A stretch of 64,000 nt of DNA from an uncultured Actinomycetes bacterium (GTDB taxonomy: Bacteria > Actinomycetota > UBA4738 > HRBIN12): NCBI GenBank assembly GCA_963780015.1, contig CAWAAO010000009.1, forward strand, positions 907-64,906. The letters run 5' to 3'. Each line of letters starts with the position of its first letter. The first letter of the stretch is position 1. The notes below the pieces were generated by a model that had not been told where the DNA came from, did not search any database, and worked only from the letters and a program-made list of their open reading frames with translations. Shown here in pieces: positions 39,168-47,438 of the stretch. The position numbers were made by a program, and so were the translations under genes.

Positions 39168-40433
39168 GTGAGCGATCAGCCGCTCGCCGCCCGGATGCGT
39201 CCCCGCACGCCCGCGGAGTTCGTCGGGCAGAAACACCTCGTCGGTCCCGGTCGGGCGCTGCAGAAGCTCCTGGACCGCGGCGCGTTGCCCTCGCTCGTGC
39301 TCTGGGGACCGGCGGGTACGGGAAAGACGACGCTTGCAACGATCCTGGCCGACGCGGTCGGGGCGCAACTCACCACGTTGTCCGCGGTGTCCTCCGGCGT
39401 CGCGGACGCGCGCAAGGTGATGACGGGCGCCGAGGGCGGTCTGTTCAAGACGGTGCTGTTCGTCGACGAGGTGCATCGGTGGTCGAAGGCGCAGCAGGAC
39501 GTCCTGTTGCCGGCCGTCGAGCAGGGCACGGTGACGCTGATCGGGGCCACGACCGAGAACCCCTATTTCTCGCTCAACACGCCGTTGCTGTCGCGCTGCC
39601 TGTTGCTGCGGCTGGAGCCGCTGACGGCCGAGGACATCGCCGCGTTGCTGCACCGTGCCCTCGCCGACGAGGAGCGCGGGCTCGGCGGGATGCACCTGTC
39701 GATCGACGAGGACGCCGTCGAGCACCTCATCACGATCAGCGGCGGCGACGCACGGATGGCCCTGACGGGGCTCGAGGCTGCGGCGCTGGCGGTGACCCCC
39801 GACGGTCCCCAGGTCATCACCCTCGACCTCGTCGCCGACGCGGTGCAGCGCAAGGCCATCGTGTACGACCGGCAGGGCGATGCCCACTACGACGTCGTCA
39901 GCGCGTTCATCAAGTCGATCCGGGGCTCCGATCCGGATGCCGCGCTGTTCTGGCTGGCACGGATGCTCGAGGCGGGCGAGGACCCGCGCTTCATCGTCCG
40001 GCGGCTGATCGTGCACGCGAGCGAGGACGTCGGTCTGGCGGACCCGATGGCGCTCCTGCAGGCCACCGCCGCCGCCCACGCCGTCGAGCATGTGGGTCTG
40101 CCCGAGGCGCGCCTCAACCTGGCGCAGGCCACGATCTACCTCGCGCGGGCGCCGAAGTCCAACAGCGTCGCCACCGCGCTCGCCGCGGCCCAGGAGGACG
40201 CGCTCGGCGCCGAACCGGTGCCCGCGCACCTGCGGGATGCCTCCTACGGTGGCGCCCGAGCCCTCGGCCACGGCCAGGGCTACATCTACCCGCACGACGA
40301 GCCCGATCACTGGGCCGACCAGCCCTATCGCCCCGAGGGCTACGAGGATCATCGGTACTACCAGCCCTCGGGGATGGGGGAGGAGACCGAGGAGTGGCGC
40401 CCCGGCTCAGGCCCCTCCCGCCCGGCCCAGTGA
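39168..40433 (+). CDS. rarA: replication-associated recombination protein A (AAA+ ATPase)
   Basis: A GTG start gives VSDQPLAARMRPRTPAEFVGQ...; Walker A GPAGTGKTT, Walker B LFVDEVHR, ...YDVVSAFIKSIRGSDPDAALFWLARML.... Confidence 0.9.
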   Translation: MSDQPLAARMRPRTPAEFVGQKHLVGPGRALQKLLDRGALPSLVLWGPAGTGKTTLATILADAVGAQLTTLSAVSSGVADARKVMTGAEGGLFKTVLFVDEVHRWSKAQQDVLLPAVEQGTVTLIGATTENPYFSLNTPLLSRCLLLRLEPLTAEDIAALLHRALADEERGLGGMHLSIDEDAVEHLITISGGDARMALTGLEAAALAVTPDGPQVITLDLVADAVQRKAIVYDRQGDAHYDVVSAFIKSIRGSDPDAALFWLARMLEAGEDPRFIVRRLIVHASEDVGLADPMALLQATAAAHAVEHVGLPEARLNLAQATIYLARAPKSNSVATALAAAQEDALGAEPVPAHLRDASYGGARALGHGQGYIYPHDEPDHWADQPYRPEGYEDHRYYQPSGMGEETEEWRPGSGPSRPAQ

Positions 40434-40478
40434 GTCCGGTAGGCTAGCCCCTCGAACGAGACCCAAGGAGCAGCGGAT

Positions 40479-40889
40479 ATGACGGTTCTGGCCATGACCG
40501 GCGGCGATGCCGCGATGATCGTGCTGGCGGTCGGCTGGGTCGTGTTGGTCGGCGGACTCCTGTTCGTGCTGCTGAACACCTTCCGTGTGCTCGAGAGCAC
40601 GAAGATGACGATCGACGCGATGCGCGAGGAGACGATCCCCTTGCTGCGCGAGGTCAAGACCTCGGTGGAGAAGACGAACCGCGAGATCGACCGGGTCGAC
40701 GTGATGCTCGACAACGCGAACTCGATCGTGGCGCGGGTCGAGAAGCTCTCGGGATTGGTCGAGGAGGCCGCCTCGAGCCCGTTGGTCAAGATCATCAGCA
40801 TCGCCTCGGGCCTCCGCAAGGGCTTCTCGAAGGCCTCCAAGGGATCCGCAAGGGATCCGGCAAGGGATCCGCCAAGGACACCGGGATGA
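40479..40889 (+). CDS. DUF948-like membrane-anchored coiled-coil protein
   Basis: N-terminal TM (IVLAVGWVVLVGGLLFVLL), then ...ESTKMTIDAMREETIPLLREVKTSVEKTNREIDRVDVMLDNANSIV.... The tail is encoded by the GGATCC-containing repeat. Confidence 0.65.
   Translation: MTVLAMTGGDAAMIVLAVGWVVLVGGLLFVLLNTFRVLESTKMTIDAMREETIPLLREVKTSVEKTNREIDRVDVMLDNANSIVARVEKLSGLVEEAASSPLVKIISIASGLRKGFSKASKGSARDPARDPPRTPG
40839..40878 (+). repeat. short tandem repeat AAGGGATCCG x3 (periods 11, 12, 12) plus a partial fourth copy
   Basis: aagggatccg c aagggatccg gc aagggatccg cc aagga. Three BamHI-type GGATCC sites fall within 30 nt, at the 3' end of the DUF948-like gene. Confidence 0.85.
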
Positions 40890-41134
40890 TCCGCCGACTG
40901 TTCTGGATGGCCTTCGGGGTTGGCCTCGGCGCCACCACCGCGGTGATCGCCTCTCGTTGGACCCGCAAGCAGGCGAAGAAGGCCGCGCCGGCGACGATCG
41001 CGCGCGAGGCCAAGGGCGGCCTGCTGGACCTCACGAAGCTGGTGACCGCCTCGGTGGACGAGGGCCGTCGCGCGATGGACGAGCGCGAGCGCGAGCTGCG
41101 CACGACCTACGGGCTCGACGAAGCGCACGGCTAG
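40886..41134 (+). CDS. small membrane protein (DUF6167-like), upstream of alaS
   Basis: MIRRLFWMAFGVGLGATTAVIASRWTRKQAKK.... ATGA overlap with the preceding gene. 82 aa. Confidence 0.55.
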   Translation: MIRRLFWMAFGVGLGATTAVIASRWTRKQAKKAAPATIAREAKGGLLDLTKLVTASVDEGRRAMDERERELRTTYGLDEAHG

Positions 41135-41145
41135 ACTCACCGGTC

Positions 41146-43758
41146 GTGAACGGCAGCGACATCCGCGAGACCTTCCTGCGCTTCTTCGAGGAGCGGGGAC
41201 ACACCCGCGTTCGGTCCTCGTCGTTGCTGGCGGCACCCGAGTCCGGCCTCCTGCTCACCGGCGCGGGCATGGAGCAATTCATCCCGTATTTCCTCGGCCA
41301 GGTCGAGCCACCCTTTCGCCGCGCGACGTCGGTCCAGAAGTGCTTCCGCGCCAATGACATCGAGAATGTGGGGCGGACCGATCGCCATCTCACGTTGTTC
41401 GAGATGCTGGGCAACTTCTCGTTCGGGGACTACTTCAAGGCCGAATCGTGCGCGTGGGGGCTCGAGCTCGTCACGCAGGGATACGGGATCGACCCCGATC
41501 GCCTGTGGATGACCGTCTACGAGGACGACGACGAGGCGATCGACATCTGGAAGAGCCTCGGGATCGCGGCCGACCGCCTCGTTCGCCGCGGGAAGGCCGA
41601 CAACTACTGGTGGACGCACGCCGCCGGACCGGCGGGCCCCTCCTCGGAGATCTTCGTCGACCGCGGATCGCGCTACGGCCCCGACGGCGGTCCCGAGGTC
41701 GACGAGGATCGCTTCTGCGAGATCTGGAACCACGTGTTCATGCAGCACCGGGTGGACGGCGCGTGCGAGCTGCTCGGTGACCTCCCCAACAAGAACATCG
41801 ACACGGGCTCGTCGGTCGAGCGTGTCGCGATGGTGTTGCAGGACAAGGCGAGCTTCTTCGAGACCGATCTGTTCGCCCCGCTGCTCGAGGAGGTGCAATC
41901 CCTGTCGGGCAAGCACTACGGCGCCGACGAGAAGCACGACGTCGCGATCAGGATCGTCGGCGAGCACGCGCGGGCCACGGCGTTCCTGGTGGCCGATGGG
42001 GTCCAGCCGTCGAACGAGGGTCGCGGGTACATCCTTCGGCGGATGCTGCGACGCGTGGTCTCCGCGTCGCGCCAGTTGGGCGCCCAGCGCGAGGTGTTCC
42101 GCCCGCTCGTGGCCCGGGTCGTCGACGGGTTCGGCGACGCCTATCCGGAGCTCCGGGAGAACCGGGCGTTCATCGAGGAGGTGCTCGCCTCCGAGGAGGA
42201 CCGCTTCTCGGCGACCCTGCGTCAGGGCATGGTCCTGTTCGACGAGGCGCGCGACCACGCCGACGCGGGAACCGTCACGGGAGCCGATGCGTTCAAGCTG
42301 TCCGACACGTTCGGGTTCCCGATCGAGCTGACGATCGAGCTGGCGGCCGACGCCGGGCTGCAGGTCGACGAGGAGGGCTTTCGCGTTCTGCTGCAGGAAC
42401 AGAAGGATCGCGCGCGCGCGGCCGCCAAGAAGGTGGAGATCGGGCTGGACGCGGGTGCGGTGCCCCCGACGATCTTCGTCGGCTACGAGCAGCCGGAGGC
42501 CGAGGCGCCGATCACGCTGTTGCTCAGCGACGAGAACGCACAGCTCGAGGTTGCCGAGGAGGGGCAGGCGGTGCGTCTGTTCCTGGAACGCACGCCGTTC
42601 TACGCGGAAGGCGGTGGTCAGGTCGGGGACCGCGGCGTGATCCGCACGCACACGGGAAGCGTTCGGATCACCGATACGCAGAAGGCCGGCGACCACGCGA
42701 TCGTGCACGAGGGGGTCGTCGAGAGCGGCGAGGTCCGCGCCGGTCAGGACGCGATCGGAGAGATCGATCGCCTCTTCCGCGAGGGGACGGCGCGCGCACA
42801 CACCTCGACCCACGTGATCCACGCGACGCTGCGGCACATCCTCGGTGAACACGCCCGCCAGGCAGGCTCGCTCATCGAGCCCGGCCGGCTCCGGTTCGAC
42901 TTCTCCCATCCGAGCAGCGTCCCGATCGAGGTGCTCGAGCAGGCGGAGCTCGAGGCGAACCGGCGTCTGGCCCAAGACGACGTGGTGCGGATCTTCGAGA
43001 CCTCGATGGACGAGGCGCAGGCGCTCGGCGCGACCGCGCTGTTCGGCGAGAAGTACGGCTCGATCGTCCGGGTCGTCGAGATCGGTGACTACTCGCGCGA
43101 GTTGTGCGGTGGCACCCACGTCGGTCGCACCGGCACGGTGGCGGTGATCCGGCTTCTGCGCGAGGGATCGATCGGCGCCGGTATGCGCCGGATCGAGGCG
43201 TTGGTCGGGCCCGATGCCTTGCGCGAGATCAACGTCGAGCGGGCGCTGCTGCGGGATCTCGTCGGGGCGCTCGATGCGAAGGATCCGCGCGCCGCTCTCG
43301 AGCGAGCGAGCAGGATCGTCGACGAAAACAAGCGCATGCGCAACGAGCTCGGCAAGCTTCGGGCGGGCGGGCGCGACCAGCTGATCGCGGAGCTGGCGGA
43401 CGGCGTGCGCGACGTGGACGGCGTCGCCCTCGTGACGGCCGAGGTGCCCGACCTGGATCCCGGGGAGCTCCGCGAGCTCGCGCTGAAGGTCCGCGATCGC
43501 CTCCAGGATCGCCCCGCCGTGATCGTCGTCGGCAACGGTGCCGGCGGCAAGGCGATGCTCGTGGCGGCGGCGACCACCGGCGCGATCGAGCGCGGGGTGA
43601 CGGCGCCGGCCGTGCTCGCCGACGCGGCCGTCGCGGTCGGCGGCGGCGCCGGCGGGAAGGACCAGCTCGCCAACGCCGGCGGCACGCGAGCGGAACGGGT
43701 CCCCGACGCCCTGGGCACGATCCCGGCCCGACTCGCCACGCTCCTGGCCGGCGCGTGA
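41146..43758 (+). CDS. alaS: alanine--tRNA ligase
   Basis: A GTG start gives VNGSDIRETFLRFFEERGHTRV...; ...FEMLGNFSFGDYFK..., editing-domain HTSTHVIHATLRHILG...CGGTHV.... 870 aa in a single frame. Confidence 0.95.
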   Translation: MNGSDIRETFLRFFEERGHTRVRSSSLLAAPESGLLLTGAGMEQFIPYFLGQVEPPFRRATSVQKCFRANDIENVGRTDRHLTLFEMLGNFSFGDYFKAESCAWGLELVTQGYGIDPDRLWMTVYEDDDEAIDIWKSLGIAADRLVRRGKADNYWWTHAAGPAGPSSEIFVDRGSRYGPDGGPEVDEDRFCEIWNHVFMQHRVDGACELLGDLPNKNIDTGSSVERVAMVLQDKASFFETDLFAPLLEEVQSLSGKHYGADEKHDVAIRIVGEHARATAFLVADGVQPSNEGRGYILRRMLRRVVSASRQLGAQREVFRPLVARVVDGFGDAYPELRENRAFIEEVLASEEDRFSATLRQGMVLFDEARDHADAGTVTGADAFKLSDTFGFPIELTIELAADAGLQVDEEGFRVLLQEQKDRARAAAKKVEIGLDAGAVPPTIFVGYEQPEAEAPITLLLSDENAQLEVAEEGQAVRLFLERTPFYAEGGGQVGDRGVIRTHTGSVRITDTQKAGDHAIVHEGVVESGEVRAGQDAIGEIDRLFREGTARAHTSTHVIHATLRHILGEHARQAGSLIEPGRLRFDFSHPSSVPIEVLEQAELEANRRLAQDDVVRIFETSMDEAQALGATALFGEKYGSIVRVVEIGDYSRELCGGTHVGRTGTVAVIRLLREGSIGAGMRRIEALVGPDALREINVERALLRDLVGALDAKDPRAALERASRIVDENKRMRNELGKLRAGGRDQLIAELADGVRDVDGVALVTAEVPDLDPGELRELALKVRDRLQDRPAVIVVGNGAGGKAMLVAAATTGAIERGVTAPAVLADAAVAVGGGAGGKDQLANAGGTRAERVPDALGTIPARLATLLAGA

Positions 43759-44205
43759 GCGCGACCGCGCCCGGACGGGTCCTCGGTCTGGATCTCGGCG
43801 ACGTGCGGATCGGCGCCGCGATCAGCGACCCCGATCGTCGCGTCGCCGTCGCACTCGGCACGATCCACGTGGGGCAGCCGCCCGGCGAGCTGTTGGCCGT
43901 TGCGGAGCTGGTCCGAGCCCACGACGTCACGACGATCGTGATCGGCGAGCCGCTGTCCATGGACGGCAGCCGCGGCACGCGGGCGTCCCATGCGGCGGCC
44001 TTCGCCGACGCGGTTCGGGCGGTGGTGGCGGTGCCCGTCGTGCTTGCAGGACGAGCGACTGTCCACGGTGGAGGCGTCGAGGGGATTGCGCGATGCGGGC
44101 GCGAGCGCGAAACGGCAGCGCGCGGTGATCGACGCGTCGGCGGCGCAGGTGATCCTGCAGGCCTGGCTCGACGTCGAACGGGGCCGGCGCGAGCGCGAGG
44201 GCTGA
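43755..44205 (+). CDS. ruvX: Holliday junction resolvase-like nuclease RuvX (YqgF), one +1 frame break near 44045
   Basis: [25 protein letters not shown]...[15 protein letters not shown]...AVPVVL | [18 protein letters not shown]...[18 protein letters not shown]. The second half is ORF 43990..44205. Confidence 0.85.
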
Positions 44206-44239
44206 GGCCGACCCCGGGCCCGGGTATCCTGCACCCTCG

Positions 44240-45346
44240 ATGGACGACGGCCGCCCTTCCTATCTCGCCGAGACGGATGCCACGTCGGAGCGACGTCGAC
44301 GACGGGTGGCCGCGATCGCGCTGCTCGTCGTCTTCTGCGTGCTCGCCGTGGCGGTGGCGGCCGGCGCGAACACCTACCGACGGTGCGGCCAACCGCCGGA
44401 CCCCGACGGCCGCAGCGTCGCCATCGTCGTCCCGGAGGGCGCCACGGGCCAGGAGGTCGTCCAGCAGCTCGCCGACCAGGGGCTGATCCGCTGCGGTGGG
44501 TTCGTCGGGAACCTGCTGCTGCGCGGGACCGGGCAGGCCACCGCGATCCTGGCCGGGTCCTACGACGTGCCGGTGGGCTCGTCGCTCGACCAGATCCTGG
44601 CGCTCATGACGACGCCGCCGCAGGAGGTGCGCACGGTTCGCGCCACCATCCCCGAAGGGCTCCGGATTCGCTCGACCTTCCCGGGGGAGCGCAGCACCTC
44701 GAGCGTGATCGAGCAGCAGACCGGCGTGCCGGCGTCGGTCTTCGCGACGTTGGCGGAGAGCGGTCGCTACGCCCTGCCGCCCTACCTCCCCAAGGGTCGA
44801 AGCGCGGAGGGATTCCTCTTTCCGGACACGTATGAATTCGTGCGGAAGGGTCTCGACGCCGACGCGATCATCCGTCGCATGCTCGAGCAGTTCGATACCG
44901 AGGCCACCGGTCTGGACCTGACCGCCGGCGCCAAGGCGCTCGGCCTGACGCCCTACCAGGTGGTCATCGTCGCCTCGATGATCGAACGCGAGGCGCAGGT
45001 CGATCAGGATCGCGCGACGATCGCCGGCGTCATCTACAACCGACTCGATGCGGGGCAGACGCTCGGGATCGACGCGACCCTGCTGTACGACGATCCGACG
45101 CCGGACGGGAAGCTGAGCACCGCGGACCTGGCCGCGGCGTCCCCCTACAACACGCGGATCAACGCGGGTCTGCCGCCGACCCCGATCGCGAGCCCGGGTC
45201 GCGCTTCGCTCGAGGCCGCGCTGCATCCGGAGCAGACCGACTACTTCTATTACGTGCTGTGTCCGCCCGACGGGGCCGGCGTGCATCGCTTCGCGGTGAC
45301 CTACAACGAGCATCTGGCCAACGTTCGCGAGTGTCTCGGTGGATGA
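44240..45346 (+). CDS. mltG: endolytic transglycosylase MltG (YceG-like)
   Basis: N-terminal TM, ...IPEGLRIRS..., ...EGFLFPDTYEF..., ...VVIVASMIEREA..., ...SPYNTRINAGLPPTPIASPG.... Confidence 0.9.
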   Translation: MDDGRPSYLAETDATSERRRRRVAAIALLVVFCVLAVAVAAGANTYRRCGQPPDPDGRSVAIVVPEGATGQEVVQQLADQGLIRCGGFVGNLLLRGTGQATAILAGSYDVPVGSSLDQILALMTTPPQEVRTVRATIPEGLRIRSTFPGERSTSSVIEQQTGVPASVFATLAESGRYALPPYLPKGRSAEGFLFPDTYEFVRKGLDADAIIRRMLEQFDTEATGLDLTAGAKALGLTPYQVVIVASMIEREAQVDQDRATIAGVIYNRLDAGQTLGIDATLLYDDPTPDGKLSTADLAAASPYNTRINAGLPPTPIASPGRASLEAALHPEQTDYFYYVLCPPDGAGVHRFAVTYNEHLANVRECLGG

Positions 45347-46191
45347 GCGCCACCGCATCGGCGGGTCGACCCACCTCGTCGGGGGTGATCGGCTGGCCGA
45401 TCGATCACAGCCTCTCGCCGGTGATCCACAACGCGGCATACGAGGCCCTGGGGCTCGATTGGGTCTACGTGGCCCTCCCGGTCGCGCAGGGCGCCGTGGG
45501 TGCGGCGCTGGAGGGACTCGAGGCGCTCGGGTTCGCCGGTGCGAACGTCACGATGCCGCACAAAGAGACCGTGGCCGCGACGCTGGAGGCGCTGAGCGAC
45601 GACGCCGCGCTGCTGCGCGCGGTCAACACGATCCATGCCACGCCGGCGGGGCTCGTCGGGCACAACACGGATGCACCGGGGTTCGGGCGCTTCCTCGAGC
45701 GCGACGCCGGGTTCGATGCGGCGGGCACGAGCGCGCTCGTGTTCGGCGCCGGGGGCGCCGCTCGGGCGTGCGCGCTGGCGATCGCCCGGGCGGGCGCGGC
45801 CCGGATCGTGGTCGCCCTGCGGGAACCGGTGCGCGCATCCGCGCTGATCGCGACGTTGGACGGCCTCGACACGACCGTGGAGGTGGTGAGCTTCGCGGAG
45901 GCCGCACGGGCGCGGCCGGACCTGATCGTGAACGCCACCCCCCTCGGCGCGCATGGCGAGGCGCTCCCGCTGCCGCCGCTCGGGGCCTCGATCCTTGCCG
46001 TCGATCTGCTCTACCGACCCGCGAGCACGCCGCTGCAGAGCGACGTCCGCGACGCGGGTGGGGTTGCGTTCGGGGGTCTGGGCCTCCTCCTGCATCAGGC
46101 GGCGCTCTCGATCGAACTGTGGACCGGACAGCCGGCGCCGCTGGAGGCGATGTCCGCGGCGGCCATCGGGGCGATCGGCACCGGGGCCTGA
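45343..46191 (+). CDS. aroE: shikimate dehydrogenase
   Basis: From ATG 45343: ...GVIGWPIDHSLSPVIHNAAYEALGLDWVY...ANVTMPHK...VGHNTD..., NAD(P) loop GAGGAARA. Confidence 0.9.
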   Translation: MSATASAGRPTSSGVIGWPIDHSLSPVIHNAAYEALGLDWVYVALPVAQGAVGAALEGLEALGFAGANVTMPHKETVAATLEALSDDAALLRAVNTIHATPAGLVGHNTDAPGFGRFLERDAGFDAAGTSALVFGAGGAARACALAIARAGAARIVVALREPVRASALIATLDGLDTTVEVVSFAEAARARPDLIVNATPLGAHGEALPLPPLGASILAVDLLYRPASTPLQSDVRDAGGVAFGGLGLLLHQAALSIELWTGQPAPLEAMSAAAIGAIGTGA

Positions 46192-46283
46192 CCCGACGGA
46201 GAGGCCATCCCTCCCTCGGGTGGTTTTCGCCCGCCCGCCTCAAGGCGGTCTGAGGCCCCGACGATGCCTCCCGCAGACGACCC

Positions 46284-47397
46284 ATGGATGAATTCGCTGC
46301 TCTCGCGCAGCGCGTCGTGCTCACGATGGACGACGTGCGAGGCTGTCTCGTGCTGTCCCGCGACGGCTTGGTCCTGGGCGCGTTCCCCGAAGACCAGGAG
46401 GCCGAGCTCAAGCCGGCCTGGCTGCGTTTCGTCAATGTCGGGGAAGCCCGCAAGGGGTTCGTCGAGTTCTCCGACCAGCTCTGGGCGTTCGTCCACCGCG
46501 GGCCCTACGCGGCCTTCGTCGTGACCGGCACCAGCGTGCGTCCCGGCGTCATGCTGGATCAGCTCGAGCAGGCCGTCATCGCGGCGGAGGAGACCCGGGC
46601 CAAGCAGAAGGAGGTCACCCTCAAGGTCCCCGACGCGGCGAGCGCACCCTCCGGTCGCCCCCGGACGTCCTTGCACCCGCCAACGGACCGCCCGGCGACG
46701 GCGCCCGTGGGGAGCACGCCGGCCGCCGCGTCCGCGGAGATGCCGAGCTTCGCGGCACCGACCACCGGAGGAGGCCGGCGCCGACCCCGCCTGGCAGGGC
46801 GCCGACCCCGCGCAGATGCAGCAGATGCAGGCGATGCAGGAGCAGATGGCCGCGATGCAGGCGCAGCTCCAGCAGCAGGCGCTCCAGCAGGCGCCCCCCG
46901 CCACCGTCACGCCCGCGACAGCGGCTCCTTCGCCGGCGGCCCCGAACCCCGGTCCCGCCGGCTCGCAGCAGCTGAGCGGCTATCGTCGCCCGGACTCGGC
47001 CGTGCCGACCCCGGCGCCCGAGCCGGCGGCCGACGCCGCCGCCCCGCCGCTGAGCGCGGATCTGTCCGGGCACGCCCGTCCGTCGGTGGAGGGCTCGCCG
47101 TACGAAGCCGTGCTGGCCGACGAACGCTCGGCGTCCCCGTTCGGATCGGAGTCCTCGCCGTTCGCACGGCTCGAGGCCGAACAGGCGGCGGCCGCGACCG
47201 CGGCGGAGACCTCGGCATCTGCCGACGACGGGGGTGTGTTCCGGCAGGAGCCGCAGCGTCTCGTGTCGCCGGAGGAGGCGCCCGCCCCGGCCCCGGCCGA
47301 GGAGGAGCCGGAGGAGCCGGGGGAGGTCGATCGCGTGATGCTCGCCAAGGAGTTCTCGGGGCTGCTTCAGGTCGGTGAGGACGGTGACGAAGACTAG
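46284..47397 (+). CDS. roadblock/LC7 (MglB-like) N-terminal domain protein with a long Gln/Ala/Pro-rich tail; probable +1 frame break near 46768
   Basis: N-terminal ~105 aa: ...MDDVRGCLVLSRDGLVLGAFPEDQE...GFVEFSDQLWAFVHRGPYAAFVVTGTSVRPGVMLDQLE.... The tail continues in ORF 46816..47397 (...PEEAGADPAWQGADPAQMQQMQAMQEQMAAMQAQLQQQALQQ...EVDRVMLAKEFSGLLQVGEDGDED*). The fold call rests on pattern only. Confidence 0.5.
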
Positions 47398-47438
47398 GTC
47401 CTGAAGGACCTAGCCCGAACGGACCCTTGAGGGGCGCG

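Noticed and set aside
30298-45439. Very long - strand ORFs (30298..32436, 32237..33994, 34482..35720, 35329..37011, 37008..38570, 41137..43119, 43229..45439)
   Set aside because: They are antisense to secF/apt, relA, dtd/MBL, hisS, aspS, alaS and ruvX/mltG/aroE, all of which have unmistakable family motifs on the + strand. The antisense products are Arg/Pro/Ala-rich.
46192-46283. Imperfect hairpin plus TTTT (GGCCATCCCTCCCTCGGGTGGTTTTCG) after aroE, as a terminator separating aroE from the pilus locus
   Set aside because: The stem needs a bulge and is only about 6 bp, so I could not support it with confidence. It may still function and would need 3'-end mapping.
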